Below, piece after piece: positions 20,437-30,896 of a stretch of 64,000 bases of DNA (position 1 is its first letter; every line of letters starts with the position of its first letter). Under the pieces are notes generated by a model. That model ran no database searches and was not told where the DNA came from. It worked only from the letters and a program-made list of their open reading frames with translations. Origin of the DNA: Marispirochaeta sp. (GTDB taxonomy: Bacteria > Spirochaetota > Spirochaetia > JC444 > Marispirochaetaceae); assembly GCA_963676835.2 (NCBI GenBank), contig CAXXFF010000002.1, positions 512,001 to 576,000 of the forward strand, written 5' to 3'. The position numbers were made by a program, and so were the translations under genes.

Positions 20437-21096
20437 GTGAATAAGAGTGAAATCATCGATGACATCAAGAACAAAATTCACAATGAAACCTATGCTCCCG
20501 GAGATTATCTGATAGAACGGGATCTTTGTGAATTTTACGGTATCAGCCGTACTCCCATGCGGGAAATTCTCTTCAGCCTGGTTAACTCAGGACTGATCAT
20601 TCAGCAGCGGGGTAAAGGTTTTTCTGTAAGAAAACTTGATATCAAACAGCTGTTTGAAATCTTCGAAGCCCGGGAGAGCGTGGAAGCCATGGCAGCACGT
20701 CTCTGTTGTCAGAAGATTACCAATACGGAACACACCGAATTTCAGAGGCTCAGGGAAGAACTCGAAACGGCAAATCCCCGGGAAAACGCCGAGCAAAGTA
20801 TCAGCTATGGTCGGAATATGCACCAGATGATCATCCAAATTGCCGGAAACACCCTGTTGTCCGAATTCTACGAAAAGCTGAACAACATGGTCATACTCAC
20901 CGCCAACATGACCAGAAAGATTTCTACCATAGAAATGGATTCCCGGGTTCATCACATGAAAATTATTGATGCGATCCTTGCGGGGGATGAAAAGAACAGC
21001 GAGAATTATATGCGCGAGCATATTGTTATGACCTGCCAGCACCTTCTCCATTCCCTATATCCAAGCTACAGCGGTCTGGCTGCGAGTCAGGTTTAG
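20437..21096 (+). CDS. GntR (FCD) family regulator
   Basis: wHTH GISRTPMRE plus FCD domain. Confidence 0.9.
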   Translation: MNKSEIIDDIKNKIHNETYAPGDYLIERDLCEFYGISRTPMREILFSLVNSGLIIQQRGKGFSVRKLDIKQLFEIFEARESVEAMAARLCCQKITNTEHTEFQRLREELETANPRENAEQSISYGRNMHQMIIQIAGNTLLSEFYEKLNNMVILTANMTRKISTIEMDSRVHHMKIIDAILAGDEKNSENYMREHIVMTCQHLLHSLYPSYSGLAASQV

Positions 21097-21151
21097 ATGT
21101 AATTAGAGCCCGTTGGGCTTTAAAATAATTATTCCTATCAAAGGAGTGTGA

Positions 21152-22165
21152 ATGATGAAAGCAAAAACTCTCTTACAGGTACTGCTGCTTCTACTCATCG
21201 GAAGCGCACTGGTATTTGCAAACGGACAGCAGGACGGTGCCGCCGCTGCAGAAAAGTCTTTTGAAATGACCTTTGCCTATGCAGGAGCAAATGGTGGTGA
21301 AGACGATCTTACCGCCAAGGAACTCAAAAACTACATCGAAGAGAAATCCAACGGTCGTATCACTGTAAAACTGTACGGTGACGAGCAGCTTGGAAAAGAA
21401 GTTGATGTTGTTAACATGCTTGAGCTTGGTACTGTTGACGGTTCCGTTATGGGTACCACCGTTCACCAGCAGGCAGCACCTGAATATAACATCTGGAGTG
21501 CATACTATATCTTCAAGAGCGGCGACGAAGTTATGTCCGTTCTTAATGGTAAAATCGGAGACCGCGTAAAGAAGGCCTTCATGGATAACAAAGGAATCCG
21601 CATCATCGGTTACGGTCTCCGCGGTCCCCGTTACCTCACATCACTGCGACCTATCCGCAGTGCATCAGATGTAGCCGGACTTAAAATACGTGTTCCCCTG
21701 CAGCCCATCTACGTAGCAAGCTGGGAAGCTCTGGGCGCACAGCCTCAGTCCATCGCTTACGGTGAGCTCTACATGGCACTTCGTCAGGGCGTTGTTGAAG
21801 CACAGGAAAACCCCCTTGCATACATCTATGCCCCTCACTTTGATGAGGTTCAGGACTACGTTAACCTTACCGGTCACCAGCGGTCTTTCTTCACCTATGT
21901 AATCAGCGACAAGTTCTATCAGAAACTTCCTGCTGATCTTCAGGCAGTAATCGACGATGCAGGTGTGTATGCAACTAAATACCACAATAATCTTCAGGCA
22001 GGCGGCGAAGCCGACTACCGCACCAAACTTGAAGAGAAAGGTATGGAGTTCATCGACGTAGATGTTCCTTCCTTCCAGAAAGTTCTCAAGAGCATCCCCG
22101 ATCAGTTTGCTGACAAATGGGTTCCCAACCTGTTTGCCGATATTCAGGCTGAACTCGGAATGTAA
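21152..22165 (+). CDS. dctP: TRAP transporter substrate-binding protein (copy 1)
   Basis: GLKIRV, GELYMALRQGVVEAQENP, signal peptide. Confidence 0.92.
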   Translation: MMKAKTLLQVLLLLLIGSALVFANGQQDGAAAAEKSFEMTFAYAGANGGEDDLTAKELKNYIEEKSNGRITVKLYGDEQLGKEVDVVNMLELGTVDGSVMGTTVHQQAAPEYNIWSAYYIFKSGDEVMSVLNGKIGDRVKKAFMDNKGIRIIGYGLRGPRYLTSLRPIRSASDVAGLKIRVPLQPIYVASWEALGAQPQSIAYGELYMALRQGVVEAQENPLAYIYAPHFDEVQDYVNLTGHQRSFFTYVISDKFYQKLPADLQAVIDDAGVYATKYHNNLQAGGEADYRTKLEEKGMEFIDVDVPSFQKVLKSIPDQFADKWVPNLFADIQAELGM

Positions 22166-22197
22166 TTACTGAATATCCCCAAGGGTATTCAAAATGG

Positions 22198-22223
22198 AGC
22201 TGCCGTCTTCCGACGGCAGCTTT
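22198..22223 (+). terminator. Hairpin after dctP
   Basis: agctgccgtc-ttcc-gacggcagct followed by tt. Confidence 0.6.
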
Positions 22224-22300
22224 CGTTGTCTCAACAAGGTGCCCGGAAATCCGTTTGACCGGCCCTTAGCATTTTTAACTGAAAGGATTCAGAGGCATTT

Positions 22301-22756
22301 ATGGAAAATAAAATTGTCCGTATTCTCGAGTACTTTATCGGCGCGCTGCTGATAGGCATGGTAGTCCTGCTTTTTGCACAGGTGCTTACCCGCTATGTAC
22401 TCCAGGGTTCTCTTCTGTGGGCAAGCGAAATGGCCACCTGGCTTTTTGTCTGGATGGTCTACATTGGTTCCGTTGTACTGTATATGAAGAAGAAGCATGT
22501 TGTAGTAGACATTGTCAGCTATTTTCTCCCTGCCAGGGTTAACGCTATTCTGGAAATGATCTCTTCCATCATCATTTTTATCTTCATGCTCATCCTGTTC
22601 AAGGAATCAATTCCGATTGTAATTTCCTACTCAAAACAGACAGCAACTGCAATTGAAGTTTCGAAAAAGTACCTTTTTTCTTCACTTTCTGTCGCAACAT
22701 TTCTGATGATCTTTGCTGCAATTTTCCGCTTTATCAACGCAATGAGGAGGCGCTGA
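22301..22756 (+). CDS. dctQ: TRAP transporter small permease
   Basis: QVLTRY, WASE, HVVVD; four TM segments. Confidence 0.88.
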   Translation: MENKIVRILEYFIGALLIGMVVLLFAQVLTRYVLQGSLLWASEMATWLFVWMVYIGSVVLYMKKKHVVVDIVSYFLPARVNAILEMISSIIIFIFMLILFKESIPIVISYSKQTATAIEVSKKYLFSSLSVATFLMIFAAIFRFINAMRRR

Positions 22757-22757
22757 A

Positions 22758-24032
22758 ATGTTGTTAGTTGTACTTATAGTCATGCTGACAGGGTTTGCAA
22801 TCGGTATTCCTGTAGCTTTTACCCTGGGTATAGCCGCTCTGTCCTACTTCTTCATGAACCCCGGACTGCCCATGCTGCTCATCCCGCAGCGCTTTGTTAC
22901 CGGTACTGAATCTTTCAGCCATATGGCGATTCCCCTGTACATGCTTGCCGGAAATATCATGAACTCCACCGGAGTTACCGACCGGATTTTCCGCTTTACC
23001 CGGGCACTGGTTGGACACTATACCGGTGGTACCGCCCATGTGAATATCCTGGCAAGTTTCATTTTTTCCGGTATGTCCGGTTCAGCCCTTGCTGATGCCA
23101 GCGGACTGGGAAAAATCCTTATCAAGGCAATGGAAGATGAAGGCTACGACACTGAGTTTGCCGCTGCGGTAACCGGTGCATCCGCTACCATCGGTCCCGT
23201 ATTCCCCCCCAGTATCCCCATGGTACTGATTGGTGGTGTTGCAGGTATTTCAATCGGAAAACTATTTGTGGGCGGTATTATTCCGGGAATTCTGCTTGCC
23301 GTTTACATGATGGTGACGGTTTACTTTATTTCCAAGAAACGGAAATACCCCAAGTCTGAAAAAGCCAGTATGGCCGTGCTTGGAAAAGAGTTCATCGGAG
23401 CGCTTCCTGCCCTTTCAACACCTGTTGTTATTCTTGGAGGAATCCTGGGCGGATTCTTTACTCCTACGGAAGCTGGTGTTGTTGCGGTAGTATACTCTCT
23501 GCTGATTGGTATTTTTGTTTACCGGCAGAGGGACTGGAAACATATGTTTGAGATGGTAATTGATACCGCGAAAGGCACAGCCAACATAATGATAATCGTT
23601 GGTGCAGCCTACTCCCTGGCCTGGGTTTTCTCCCGGGAACAGGTCGGACTGCTGCTGACCGCCGGTTTTACCGCCATTTCATCCAACCCGACAGTTATTC
23701 TCATTCTTATCCTCATCGGATTTCTTGGAATGGGCTGTATCCTCAATCCTTCAGCAAATATCATCATCTTTATTCCAATGTTGATGCCCCTGGTTAACTC
23801 TGTGGGTATTGATTTGATTCACTTCGGTGTTCTGGCAACCCTGGTTCTCATGGTTGGCCTGGTTACGCCGCCGTTGGGCTTGAGTATGTTTATCATCTGT
23901 GAAATTACAGGGATATCCACTATACAGTTTACCAAGGCCATGGGCCTGTTCTTCCTTGCACTGCTTCTGGTCGTACTTACCATGATCTTCTTCCCGGCAA
24001 CAGTTACCTGGCTGCCGAGTGTGATTATGTAA
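22758..24032 (+). CDS. dctM: TRAP transporter large permease
   Basis: GMSGSALAD, PPSIPM, GFFTPTEAG, TPPLG. Confidence 0.92.
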   Translation: MLLVVLIVMLTGFAIGIPVAFTLGIAALSYFFMNPGLPMLLIPQRFVTGTESFSHMAIPLYMLAGNIMNSTGVTDRIFRFTRALVGHYTGGTAHVNILASFIFSGMSGSALADASGLGKILIKAMEDEGYDTEFAAAVTGASATIGPVFPPSIPMVLIGGVAGISIGKLFVGGIIPGILLAVYMMVTVYFISKKRKYPKSEKASMAVLGKEFIGALPALSTPVVILGGILGGFFTPTEAGVVAVVYSLLIGIFVYRQRDWKHMFEMVIDTAKGTANIMIIVGAAYSLAWVFSREQVGLLLTAGFTAISSNPTVILILILIGFLGMGCILNPSANIIIFIPMLMPLVNSVGIDLIHFGVLATLVLMVGLVTPPLGLSMFIICEITGISTIQFTKAMGLFFLALLLVVLTMIFFPATVTWLPSVIM

Positions 24033-24057
24033 AAGCAGAGTATTTCTACTTTTTTTG

Positions 24058-24090
24058 TGGGAATCCGTAAAACGGATTCCCATTTTTTTT
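24058..24090 (+). terminator. Intrinsic terminator
   Basis: tgggaatccgt-aaa-acggattccca plus T-run. Confidence 0.8.
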
Positions 24091-24214
24091 CACTTTTTCT
24101 GAGCATCGTACTCCTTTCTGGTTATTTCTTTTATAAACATTTTCTTGACAATACGCACCGGCTGGCTTAAAGTTAACTGTTATTTTGCATGCAAAATAAC
24201 AACACTGAGGAAAA

Positions 24215-25222
24215 ATGAAAAACAAAACTCTTGTACAGGTGCTTCTTTTGCTGTTTCTCGCAAGTACAGTAGTCTTTGCCAACGGAACTCAGGAAGGCGG
24301 CGCGGAAAAAACCTTTAAAATGACCATCTCCTATGCCGGTGCATCCGGTGGAGAAGACGACCTTTCAGCAAAGGAATTCAAACGAAAAGTTGAAGAAAGA
24401 TCAGGCGGACGCATTCAGGTTAGCCTCTATGGTGATGAACAGCTTGGAAAGGAAGTGGATATTGTAAATATGCTTGAGCTGGGTACAGTAGACGGAGCTA
24501 TCATGGGTGCAACCGTACACCAGCAGACAGCACCGGAATACAACATATGGAGTCCCTACTACATTTTCAAAACCAGTGAGGAACTTTTGTATATCCTGAA
24601 CGGCTCAATCGGTGACCGGGTAAAACAGGCATTCATGGACAACAAGGGAATCCGCATAATCGGTTATGGTCTTCGCGGTCCCCGTCACCTCACCTCCCTG
24701 CGCCCTATCCGCAAGGCATCAGAAGTAAAGGGTCTCAATATCCGTATAGGCCTTCAGCCCATCTATGTAGCCAGCTGGGAAGCCCTTGGAGCAACACCCC
24801 AGGCAATTGCATACGGAGAACTCTATATGGCACTCCGCCAGGGCGTTGTAGAAGCCCAGGAAAATCCCCTTGCATATATCTATGCACCTCATTTCGATGA
24901 GGTTCAGGACTATGTAAACCTTACTGCACACCAGAGATCTTTCTTTACCTATGTTGTGAGCGACAAGTTCTATCAGAAACTGCCTGCGGACCTGCAGCAG
25001 ATTATTGATGAAGAGGGTGAATATATCTCAGGTTTTCATAACAACCTTCAGGCAAAGGGAGAAGCTGACTACCGGGTTAAACTCGAAGAAAAAGGCATGA
25101 CCTTTATCGACGTGAATGTTGCCTCATTCCAGGAAGCCCTGAAAAATATTCCCGATCAGTTTGCTGATGTCTGGGTACCCAATCTCTATAACGATATTAA
25201 AGCTGAACTGTCAGCTATGTAA
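24215..25222 (+). CDS. dctP: TRAP substrate-binding protein (copy 2, close paralog)
   Basis: Long identical blocks shared with 21152..22165. Confidence 0.92.
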   Translation: MKNKTLVQVLLLLFLASTVVFANGTQEGGAEKTFKMTISYAGASGGEDDLSAKEFKRKVEERSGGRIQVSLYGDEQLGKEVDIVNMLELGTVDGAIMGATVHQQTAPEYNIWSPYYIFKTSEELLYILNGSIGDRVKQAFMDNKGIRIIGYGLRGPRHLTSLRPIRKASEVKGLNIRIGLQPIYVASWEALGATPQAIAYGELYMALRQGVVEAQENPLAYIYAPHFDEVQDYVNLTAHQRSFFTYVVSDKFYQKLPADLQQIIDEEGEYISGFHNNLQAKGEADYRVKLEEKGMTFIDVNVASFQEALKNIPDQFADVWVPNLYNDIKAELSAM

Positions 25223-25249
25223 TTGTTATCGATTTGAGTTATCTCTATT

Positions 25250-25283
25250 CCCCTTGAAGCGTTGCTTCAAGGGGATTTTTTTT
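25250..25283 (+). terminator. Intrinsic terminator
   Basis: tccccttgaagc-gtt-gcttcaagggga plus T-run. Confidence 0.8.
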
Positions 25284-25291
25284 ATGTAACC

Positions 25292-25918
25292 CTAATCTAT
25301 CTTAACAAATCCCTTTACAGAGTCATCATAGTTGAAGACCTCACCGGTACCGATCATGTAGTACCAGCCGAGAAGGTTTAATTCACCTTTTTCATACTTA
25401 TCAAGAATATATGGATAGGAGAGCAGATGATTCATCTGCTCAACCACGTTAAGCTGCTCGGTTACCCATTCACGTTTCACCACATCCTGCATCAGTTCCG
25501 GATCCTTCTCTACCCGCTCCCGTACAGGCCGGGCAAGCTCAAGCCACTTCTTTGTATGGGGAATTGTCTCAAGCTCTTTTTCGCTGGCATACATGGCATT
25601 ACAGCCTCCGCAGTTGGAGTGACCGCAGACGATTATATTTTCCACCTCTAAAATCTGCACAGCATATTCAATGGCGGATGTAGTAGAGAGAAACTCCTCC
25701 GACGCCCGGTAGAAAGGAACAATGTTGGCAATATTCCGGATAATAAAGAGCTCTCCCGGAAGAGACTTTGTTATCATATTGGGAACTATTCTGGAATCTG
25801 AACAGGAGATAAACAGAGAGTGGGGCTTCTGCCGTTTTTCAAGGTTTTCAAACAGTTCCTGATAGTGACGGAAATCGTTCCCCGAAAAATCACGAACACC
25901 TTCAAAGAGATAATCCAT
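25292..25918 (-). CDS. Beta-class carbonic anhydrase
   Basis: CSDSR, RNIAN, GHSNCGG. Confidence 0.93.
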   Translation of the reverse strand: MDYLFEGVRDFSGNDFRHYQELFENLEKRQKPHSLFISCSDSRIVPNMITKSLPGELFIIRNIANIVPFYRASEEFLSTTSAIEYAVQILEVENIIVCGHSNCGGCNAMYASEKELETIPHTKKWLELARPVRERVEKDPELMQDVVKREWVTEQLNVVEQMNHLLSYPYILDKYEKGELNLLGWYYMIGTGEVFNYDDSVKGFVKID

Positions 25919-25965
25919 AGACCATCAATATACCCTGAAATTTACTTTCCGGTCGATAAAGGCAC

Positions 25966-25997
25966 AAAAAAAACCAGCCGCGGATAACGGCTGGTTT
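25966..25997 (-). terminator. Intrinsic terminator
   Basis: aaaccagccg...cggctggttt with a preceding A-run. Confidence 0.75.
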
Positions 25998-26022
25998 AAT
26001 AATCAAAAAGATCCCGGGCTTA

Positions 26023-26739
26023 TCAGCGTTTTACCGCATCAAGGCCGCCGGAAATCTTCAGCACATTCCGCTCAAAGGTAACATTCAGAGCACCTCTCCA
26101 GTAGAACATGGAATCGCGAGCAGCTTTGTCATCGACAATATTGCCGGTTTTCTTGTCGCTGCCTTCAATGGCACCACCACCGGAAACACGGGAATCCCAT
26201 ACTTTATCCCACTGAATAGTGGCTGCAGTACCGTTACGGGAAAAATCCCGGGAGATAACCTGGGGGTTCCCGCCGGAAATAGTACCAATTGCACGCTTCT
26301 GGAATGTACCGTTGACAACATCCAGCTTTCCGTTTCTGTCTGTAACAAAGCGATAGGCTGTTCCCCGGTGGGCAAACTGCACGGTAATTTCACCGGAACG
26401 TGCTTTTTCCACAGTCAGGTTATCAGCTTTCAGAGTATCCGGTCCGGCAACACCGTACAGGACTGCACTTCGGATACTGTCGGGGATTACCTGCTTTCCA
26501 AGAACGTCTACCCGGTAGGTCTGGAATACGTGGGTAGATCCCTTAACTGACGCACCGGTACGGCCGTCAAAATGATCCTTGTCCACAGCAATGTATCGAA
26601 CAGGGCCTTCAAAGGTGGAGTAGTTAGTCCTGGAAGTTCCAGTAACATCCACCTGAATATCAATTTTTAAATCCTGGGCAAAGGCTGTGCTGCTGAGAAG
26701 CGCAGCTGCAACCAGAAGAACAATGAGTGCTTTTTTCAT
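26023..26739 (-). CDS. Exported hypothetical protein
   Basis: Signal peptide MKKALIV...AFA, GGAGGAG SD, own terminator. Confidence 0.7.
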   Translation of the reverse strand: MKKALIVLLVAAALLSSTAFAQDLKIDIQVDVTGTSRTNYSTFEGPVRYIAVDKDHFDGRTGASVKGSTHVFQTYRVDVLGKQVIPDSIRSAVLYGVAGPDTLKADNLTVEKARSGEITVQFAHRGTAYRFVTDRNGKLDVVNGTFQKRAIGTISGGNPQVISRDFSRNGTAATIQWDKVWDSRVSGGGAIEGSDKKTGNIVDDKAARDSMFYWRGALNVTFERNVLKISGGLDAVKR

Positions 26740-26914
26740 ATCTCTTCTCCTCCAAGAATAGTATAAATTCATACTGATATTATTTTATCGACATGTCAAG
26801 ATTTTTCACAACAATTTTATGATAATAATACTCATGTACACAATATTTATTTCGATTGTCTTTTTTTTGAAATAATTTAATAATAACAGCTGGTTTATTC
26901 AGGAGTTTTTTACC

Positions 26915-27847
26915 ATGCAAAGCAAATATTCAGAACTTATGGCCAATACATCCAGGGCGGTGGTAGGTAAAGAAAAGGCAATAGAGCTTCTTGTCATCGC
27001 CATGATTGCAGAAGGGCATGTTCTGCTGGAAGATGTGCCCGGGCTGGGAAAAACACTGATGGCAAAAGCCCTCGCCCGCAGTATGGACGGAGAGTTCCGC
27101 CGAATACAGTTTACCCCGGACCTTCTCCCGGCAGATGTAACCGGGTTCTCAATATATGATCAGAAAAGCAGCAGTTTTGTTTTTAACCCGGGACCGGTAA
27201 TGTGCAACATACTGCTGGCGGATGAGATAAACCGCACCATTCCGCGGACCCAATCCAGCCTCCTGGAGAGCATGGGAGAGTTTCAGGTTACCGTCGACGG
27301 AAAAACCATGGATCTGCCCCGGCCGTTTCTGGTAATTGCCACCCAGAACCCCATAGAGATGGATGGAACATTCCCTCTGCCGGAAGCCCAGCTTGACCGG
27401 TTTCTCATGAAGATAGACCTGGGCTATCCAAGCGTTGAGGAAGAGATTGAGATTCTGGAACGCTATCAGGAGCATGATCCTTTACAGGAACTCAAGCCGG
27501 TACTGTTTCCCGATGATATCGTTAAGATGCAGAAGGAACGGTCCGCAATTAAAATGACACCTCCATTACGGGAGTATATTGCATCCCTTGCTGCAGCAAC
27601 CAGGGAGCATCCAAAAGTCCGCTACGGTATCAGTCCAAGGGGTTCTCTGGGTATAATGAAAGCTGCCCAGGGGTTTGCCATGCTGAAAGGCCGCAACCAT
27701 GTACTCCCGGACGATATTAAATACCTCGCCCATCCGGTGCTGTCCCATCGGATTATCATTTTTAACGAAGAACGGGCTCGCGGTGTTAACAGCCGGACTG
27801 TTCTCGATGAAATTCTCAACTCGGTCCCTGTCCCGGTTTATGCCTGA
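26915..27847 (+). CDS. MoxR family AAA+ ATPase
   Basis: HVLLEDVPGLGKT, IQFTPDLLP, DEINR, ATQNP, LPEAQLDRF. Confidence 0.95.
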   Translation: MQSKYSELMANTSRAVVGKEKAIELLVIAMIAEGHVLLEDVPGLGKTLMAKALARSMDGEFRRIQFTPDLLPADVTGFSIYDQKSSSFVFNPGPVMCNILLADEINRTIPRTQSSLLESMGEFQVTVDGKTMDLPRPFLVIATQNPIEMDGTFPLPEAQLDRFLMKIDLGYPSVEEEIEILERYQEHDPLQELKPVLFPDDIVKMQKERSAIKMTPPLREYIASLAAATREHPKVRYGISPRGSLGIMKAAQGFAMLKGRNHVLPDDIKYLAHPVLSHRIIIFNEERARGVNSRTVLDEILNSVPVPVYA

Positions 27848-29060
27848 TCCTGTAGTCTCGGAAGCCCCCCGAAAAGTGCAGCCCGAATATATCGCACTGT
27901 TCAGCATAGGACTGACATTGGGATTAACCTGGATCGTGCTTATCTTTGCACTCATACAGCGGGACCGGAGCCTCTCAATGCTCAGCGGAGCTGTCCTGAT
28001 CCTCATGCACGGCACCGGCTTATGGAGCAGACTTGCACACAGGAAGCTTTCAATCTCTGTCCGGGCCGATTCGGGACATCTTTTTTACGGAGAAAAGCTG
28101 TATCTGGAAATGGTGGTCAGAAACAGGAAACTTCTTCCCGTCTGGATCCGCCTGGAACTGGAGACCTCTTCCCTTTTTTCAGAAATACCGAAAGGGGGAG
28201 AAACCCTTCTTCCTCCTTTTTCTGAACGGTTTAAGACAGTCAGCCTTACCTCCTGCCGCAGGGGAGTTTGGTCTGAGCGAAAAGCACTGGTTAAAAGCGG
28301 CGATATATTCGGTCTGCACAGTAGAACTGCAAGCTCAATCTTCCCGGGCGAAATAGTAGTCTATCCCCGTATCGGCACGCTCCGGAAAATGGAAATTCCC
28401 TTTCAGGAATTCTTTGGTATTCATATTTCCAGGGGCTGCATAGAAGATCCTTCCCGCTACGAAGGAACCAGGGAGTATAAGGGCCTGAGATCATCCCGTC
28501 ACATAAACTGGAAAGCCAGTGCCCGATTCAACCAGCTGCAGGAAAACATATACGAACCATCAAGTCACCGAAAGGTACTGTTTATTCTGGACGTATCTGC
28601 ACCGGAGACTATCTCTTTATACAGTAATTCCGAAGGATTTCCGGATTTTGAACATCTGCTAACAACTGCGGCCACCATAGCATCCGAACTGGTGCAGACA
28701 GATACAACTTTTGCATGCATAACCAATGCCGTATTAAACAGTACAGCCGGCAATATCCTTCACTTCGGACGGGGACCGGAGCACCTGGGCCGGTTGCTTA
28801 CTCTTCTGGCAAGAGTAAATCCGTCTCCGGGCAAACCGCACCCCCTTCCCCATCCCGATGGGTGGACAAATGGAACAGGTAGTATTTACCTCTCCATAAA
28901 AGCTCATACCGATCCTGAAGAAATTGTACCCTACGAAATCGTAAAGAGCAAAAATCAGAAGCTTGCTGTTTTTGCAGAAAATGGCGAGGACTCCTGCATT
29001 GCCGCCTGGCAGAAGCTGGGATTTCAGGTTTACAAAGCCGGAGAGCTGGTAGATGAATAA
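27840..29060 (+). CDS. DUF58 domain protein
   Basis: VVYP, GTREY, RHINWKASAR; follows moxR. Confidence 0.85.
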   Translation: MPDPVVSEAPRKVQPEYIALFSIGLTLGLTWIVLIFALIQRDRSLSMLSGAVLILMHGTGLWSRLAHRKLSISVRADSGHLFYGEKLYLEMVVRNRKLLPVWIRLELETSSLFSEIPKGGETLLPPFSERFKTVSLTSCRRGVWSERKALVKSGDIFGLHSRTASSIFPGEIVVYPRIGTLRKMEIPFQEFFGIHISRGCIEDPSRYEGTREYKGLRSSRHINWKASARFNQLQENIYEPSSHRKVLFILDVSAPETISLYSNSEGFPDFEHLLTTAATIASELVQTDTTFACITNAVLNSTAGNILHFGRGPEHLGRLLTLLARVNPSPGKPHPLPHPDGWTNGTGSIYLSIKAHTDPEEIVPYEIVKSKNQKLAVFAENGEDSCIAAWQKLGFQVYKAGELVDE

Positions 29061-30516
29061 TAAGGCAATGAAAAATGGACGGCAGAACCTGCTCCTTGCA
29101 CTCTCCATAGCACTCTCAATTCCGGGACAGGAGATACTGAAGCTCTATACTATATTTTCCCTGTTACTCCTGATACCGGAACGGTCTCCGGTACCTCTGG
29201 CAAGCCTCGCAATAATGTTTCTGATACCTTTTTTTCTGGTCAAAGTTACTGCACTGATCCGCATGCGAAATATCAGCAGAATTATTCTCCATCTGCTCAT
29301 TTTTTCATTTTCTCTTATGTTCAGCTTTACCTTGTATCCGGATCTCCCGTTTTTCGGGGCCTGGAACCTGGAGCTGTTTAGAACCGGGTTTCTGCAGATA
29401 GGCACAGGACAAACTGTTTTATGCTTTGTTCTGGTAGTAATTGCCGGTTCAGTTACGGCTTTGCGTGGAATACTGCTTGCCCGCCGTACTTACAACCACG
29501 ATCTGGTCCTTATGAACTTTGAAAGCGGCCTGGTTATCATGGCCAGCATATATTTTCTCAGGATGGGAATGGGTATTCCGGATTCCCAGGCAGTGAATAT
29601 TACCGGCGGCTATTTTCTGTTTGCCCTGATAGCCCTTGGGGCCTCGGTCTCCCGGGATGATTCTGATTCTTTCCGGAGCTCCTCCGGGCAACTGCGTTTT
29701 TCCCTTGCAGTTTCGGGAATCATGATTTTTCTGATACTGCTTGCCATTATGATACTGCTCTATCCTGTGGCCGGAACTTCCGCCCGGGGAATCTATTCCC
29801 TGACGACGCAGACCCTGGCTCCGCTGGTCCCATACCTTATTGCAATTATTCGTTTTCTATTCACCCTGGGACGCCCCCAGAGTCAGGCTGCAGCACCTGT
29901 TGAAAGTGACACTGCCGGCCCCCTTGCAGCTGTGCCCGGAGAATCCCCTGCCTGGCTTATGCTGATTGAGAGGATTCTCACATGGGGACTGTTAGGAACT
30001 GTTGCAGTGATCACACTGATACTCGTAATTTACAGTGCATACAGAATACTTGTATTTCTTTTTTCTCCCGGCAAATCCGATGAAGGGTTAAGCCCGGGGC
30101 AATTCATCCGGTTCCTTCTTCGCACAATCACCGCTGTACTAAAATCCTTGTTGTCTAACATCGGATTACTGAAGGATAATATGCGCAGCGCCAGGGGAAA
30201 CAAATCTCCCGAAGGGCTCAGGGCATTCCATAAACTGTGTGCCTGGGGAAGCGGAGCAGGCCTGCCGAGGGAAGAAAACGAAACACCTGCGGAATACTCA
30301 AGCCGTCTTTCTCTCTGGTCGGGAAACTATGCTCCTGCAGTAAAAACCATTTGTAATGCCGTCCAAAGCGAAGTCTATGCGGGATGTACACTTCAGAACT
30401 CTGAACTAACTGACCTGAGGAAAGCTGTATCCAGACTTGGCTTTTTCCGCTCCCTATCCAAACAGGCATCTATCCGGTTGAAAAAAACAGTAAGAGGCTC
30501 CTCCCATACAGATTGA
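29053..30516 (+). CDS. Polytopic membrane protein with C-terminal DUF4129-like domain
   Basis: Many TM segments and a PREENETPAEY motif. Confidence 0.65.
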   Translation: MNNKAMKNGRQNLLLALSIALSIPGQEILKLYTIFSLLLLIPERSPVPLASLAIMFLIPFFLVKVTALIRMRNISRIILHLLIFSFSLMFSFTLYPDLPFFGAWNLELFRTGFLQIGTGQTVLCFVLVVIAGSVTALRGILLARRTYNHDLVLMNFESGLVIMASIYFLRMGMGIPDSQAVNITGGYFLFALIALGASVSRDDSDSFRSSSGQLRFSLAVSGIMIFLILLAIMILLYPVAGTSARGIYSLTTQTLAPLVPYLIAIIRFLFTLGRPQSQAAAPVESDTAGPLAAVPGESPAWLMLIERILTWGLLGTVAVITLILVIYSAYRILVFLFSPGKSDEGLSPGQFIRFLLRTITAVLKSLLSNIGLLKDNMRSARGNKSPEGLRAFHKLCAWGSGAGLPREENETPAEYSSRLSLWSGNYAPAVKTICNAVQSEVYAGCTLQNSELTDLRKAVSRLGFFRSLSKQASIRLKKTVRGSSHTD

Positions 30517-30562
30517 CAGCCTTTCCAGTTTCTCTGATAATTTCGCCGTACGGAGGATCAAT

Positions 30563-30838
30563 ATGACAATTAAACACAGTGTCTATTTTGACGGAGCAGT
30601 ACAGAGCCTTGGCTTCGTCGATGATAATGGAAAAATGAGCATGAGTGCCGGGACCGTCCTTCCCGGAGAATACGATTTCGGCAAGGCCGGTCCTAAAGAG
30701 ACCTTTATGATCACCAGCGGCGAGCTTACCATCAGCGGTGGAACCTACAAGAAGGGAGATACCTGCGTTATTGAAACAGGCAACCCGATTCTTATTTCAA
30801 CCGCTGTTGAATCAAGCTACACCTGCCACTACGGCTGA
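30563..30838 (+). CDS. ppnP: Pyrimidine/purine nucleoside phosphorylase (DUF1255)
   Basis: HSVYFDGAVQS, GTVLPGEYDFG, YTCHYG. Confidence 0.8.
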   Translation: MTIKHSVYFDGAVQSLGFVDDNGKMSMSAGTVLPGEYDFGKAGPKETFMITSGELTISGGTYKKGDTCVIETGNPILISTAVESSYTCHYG

Positions 30839-30896
30839 GAACCCGGTACAGCCGGAACATAAGTTCCGGCTCTTGTTTCACCTTTTATCTGTCTTT

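Noticed and set aside
19686..20474. 262-aa - strand ORF
   Set aside because: Antisense to the activator gene and promoter region, no recognisable domain.
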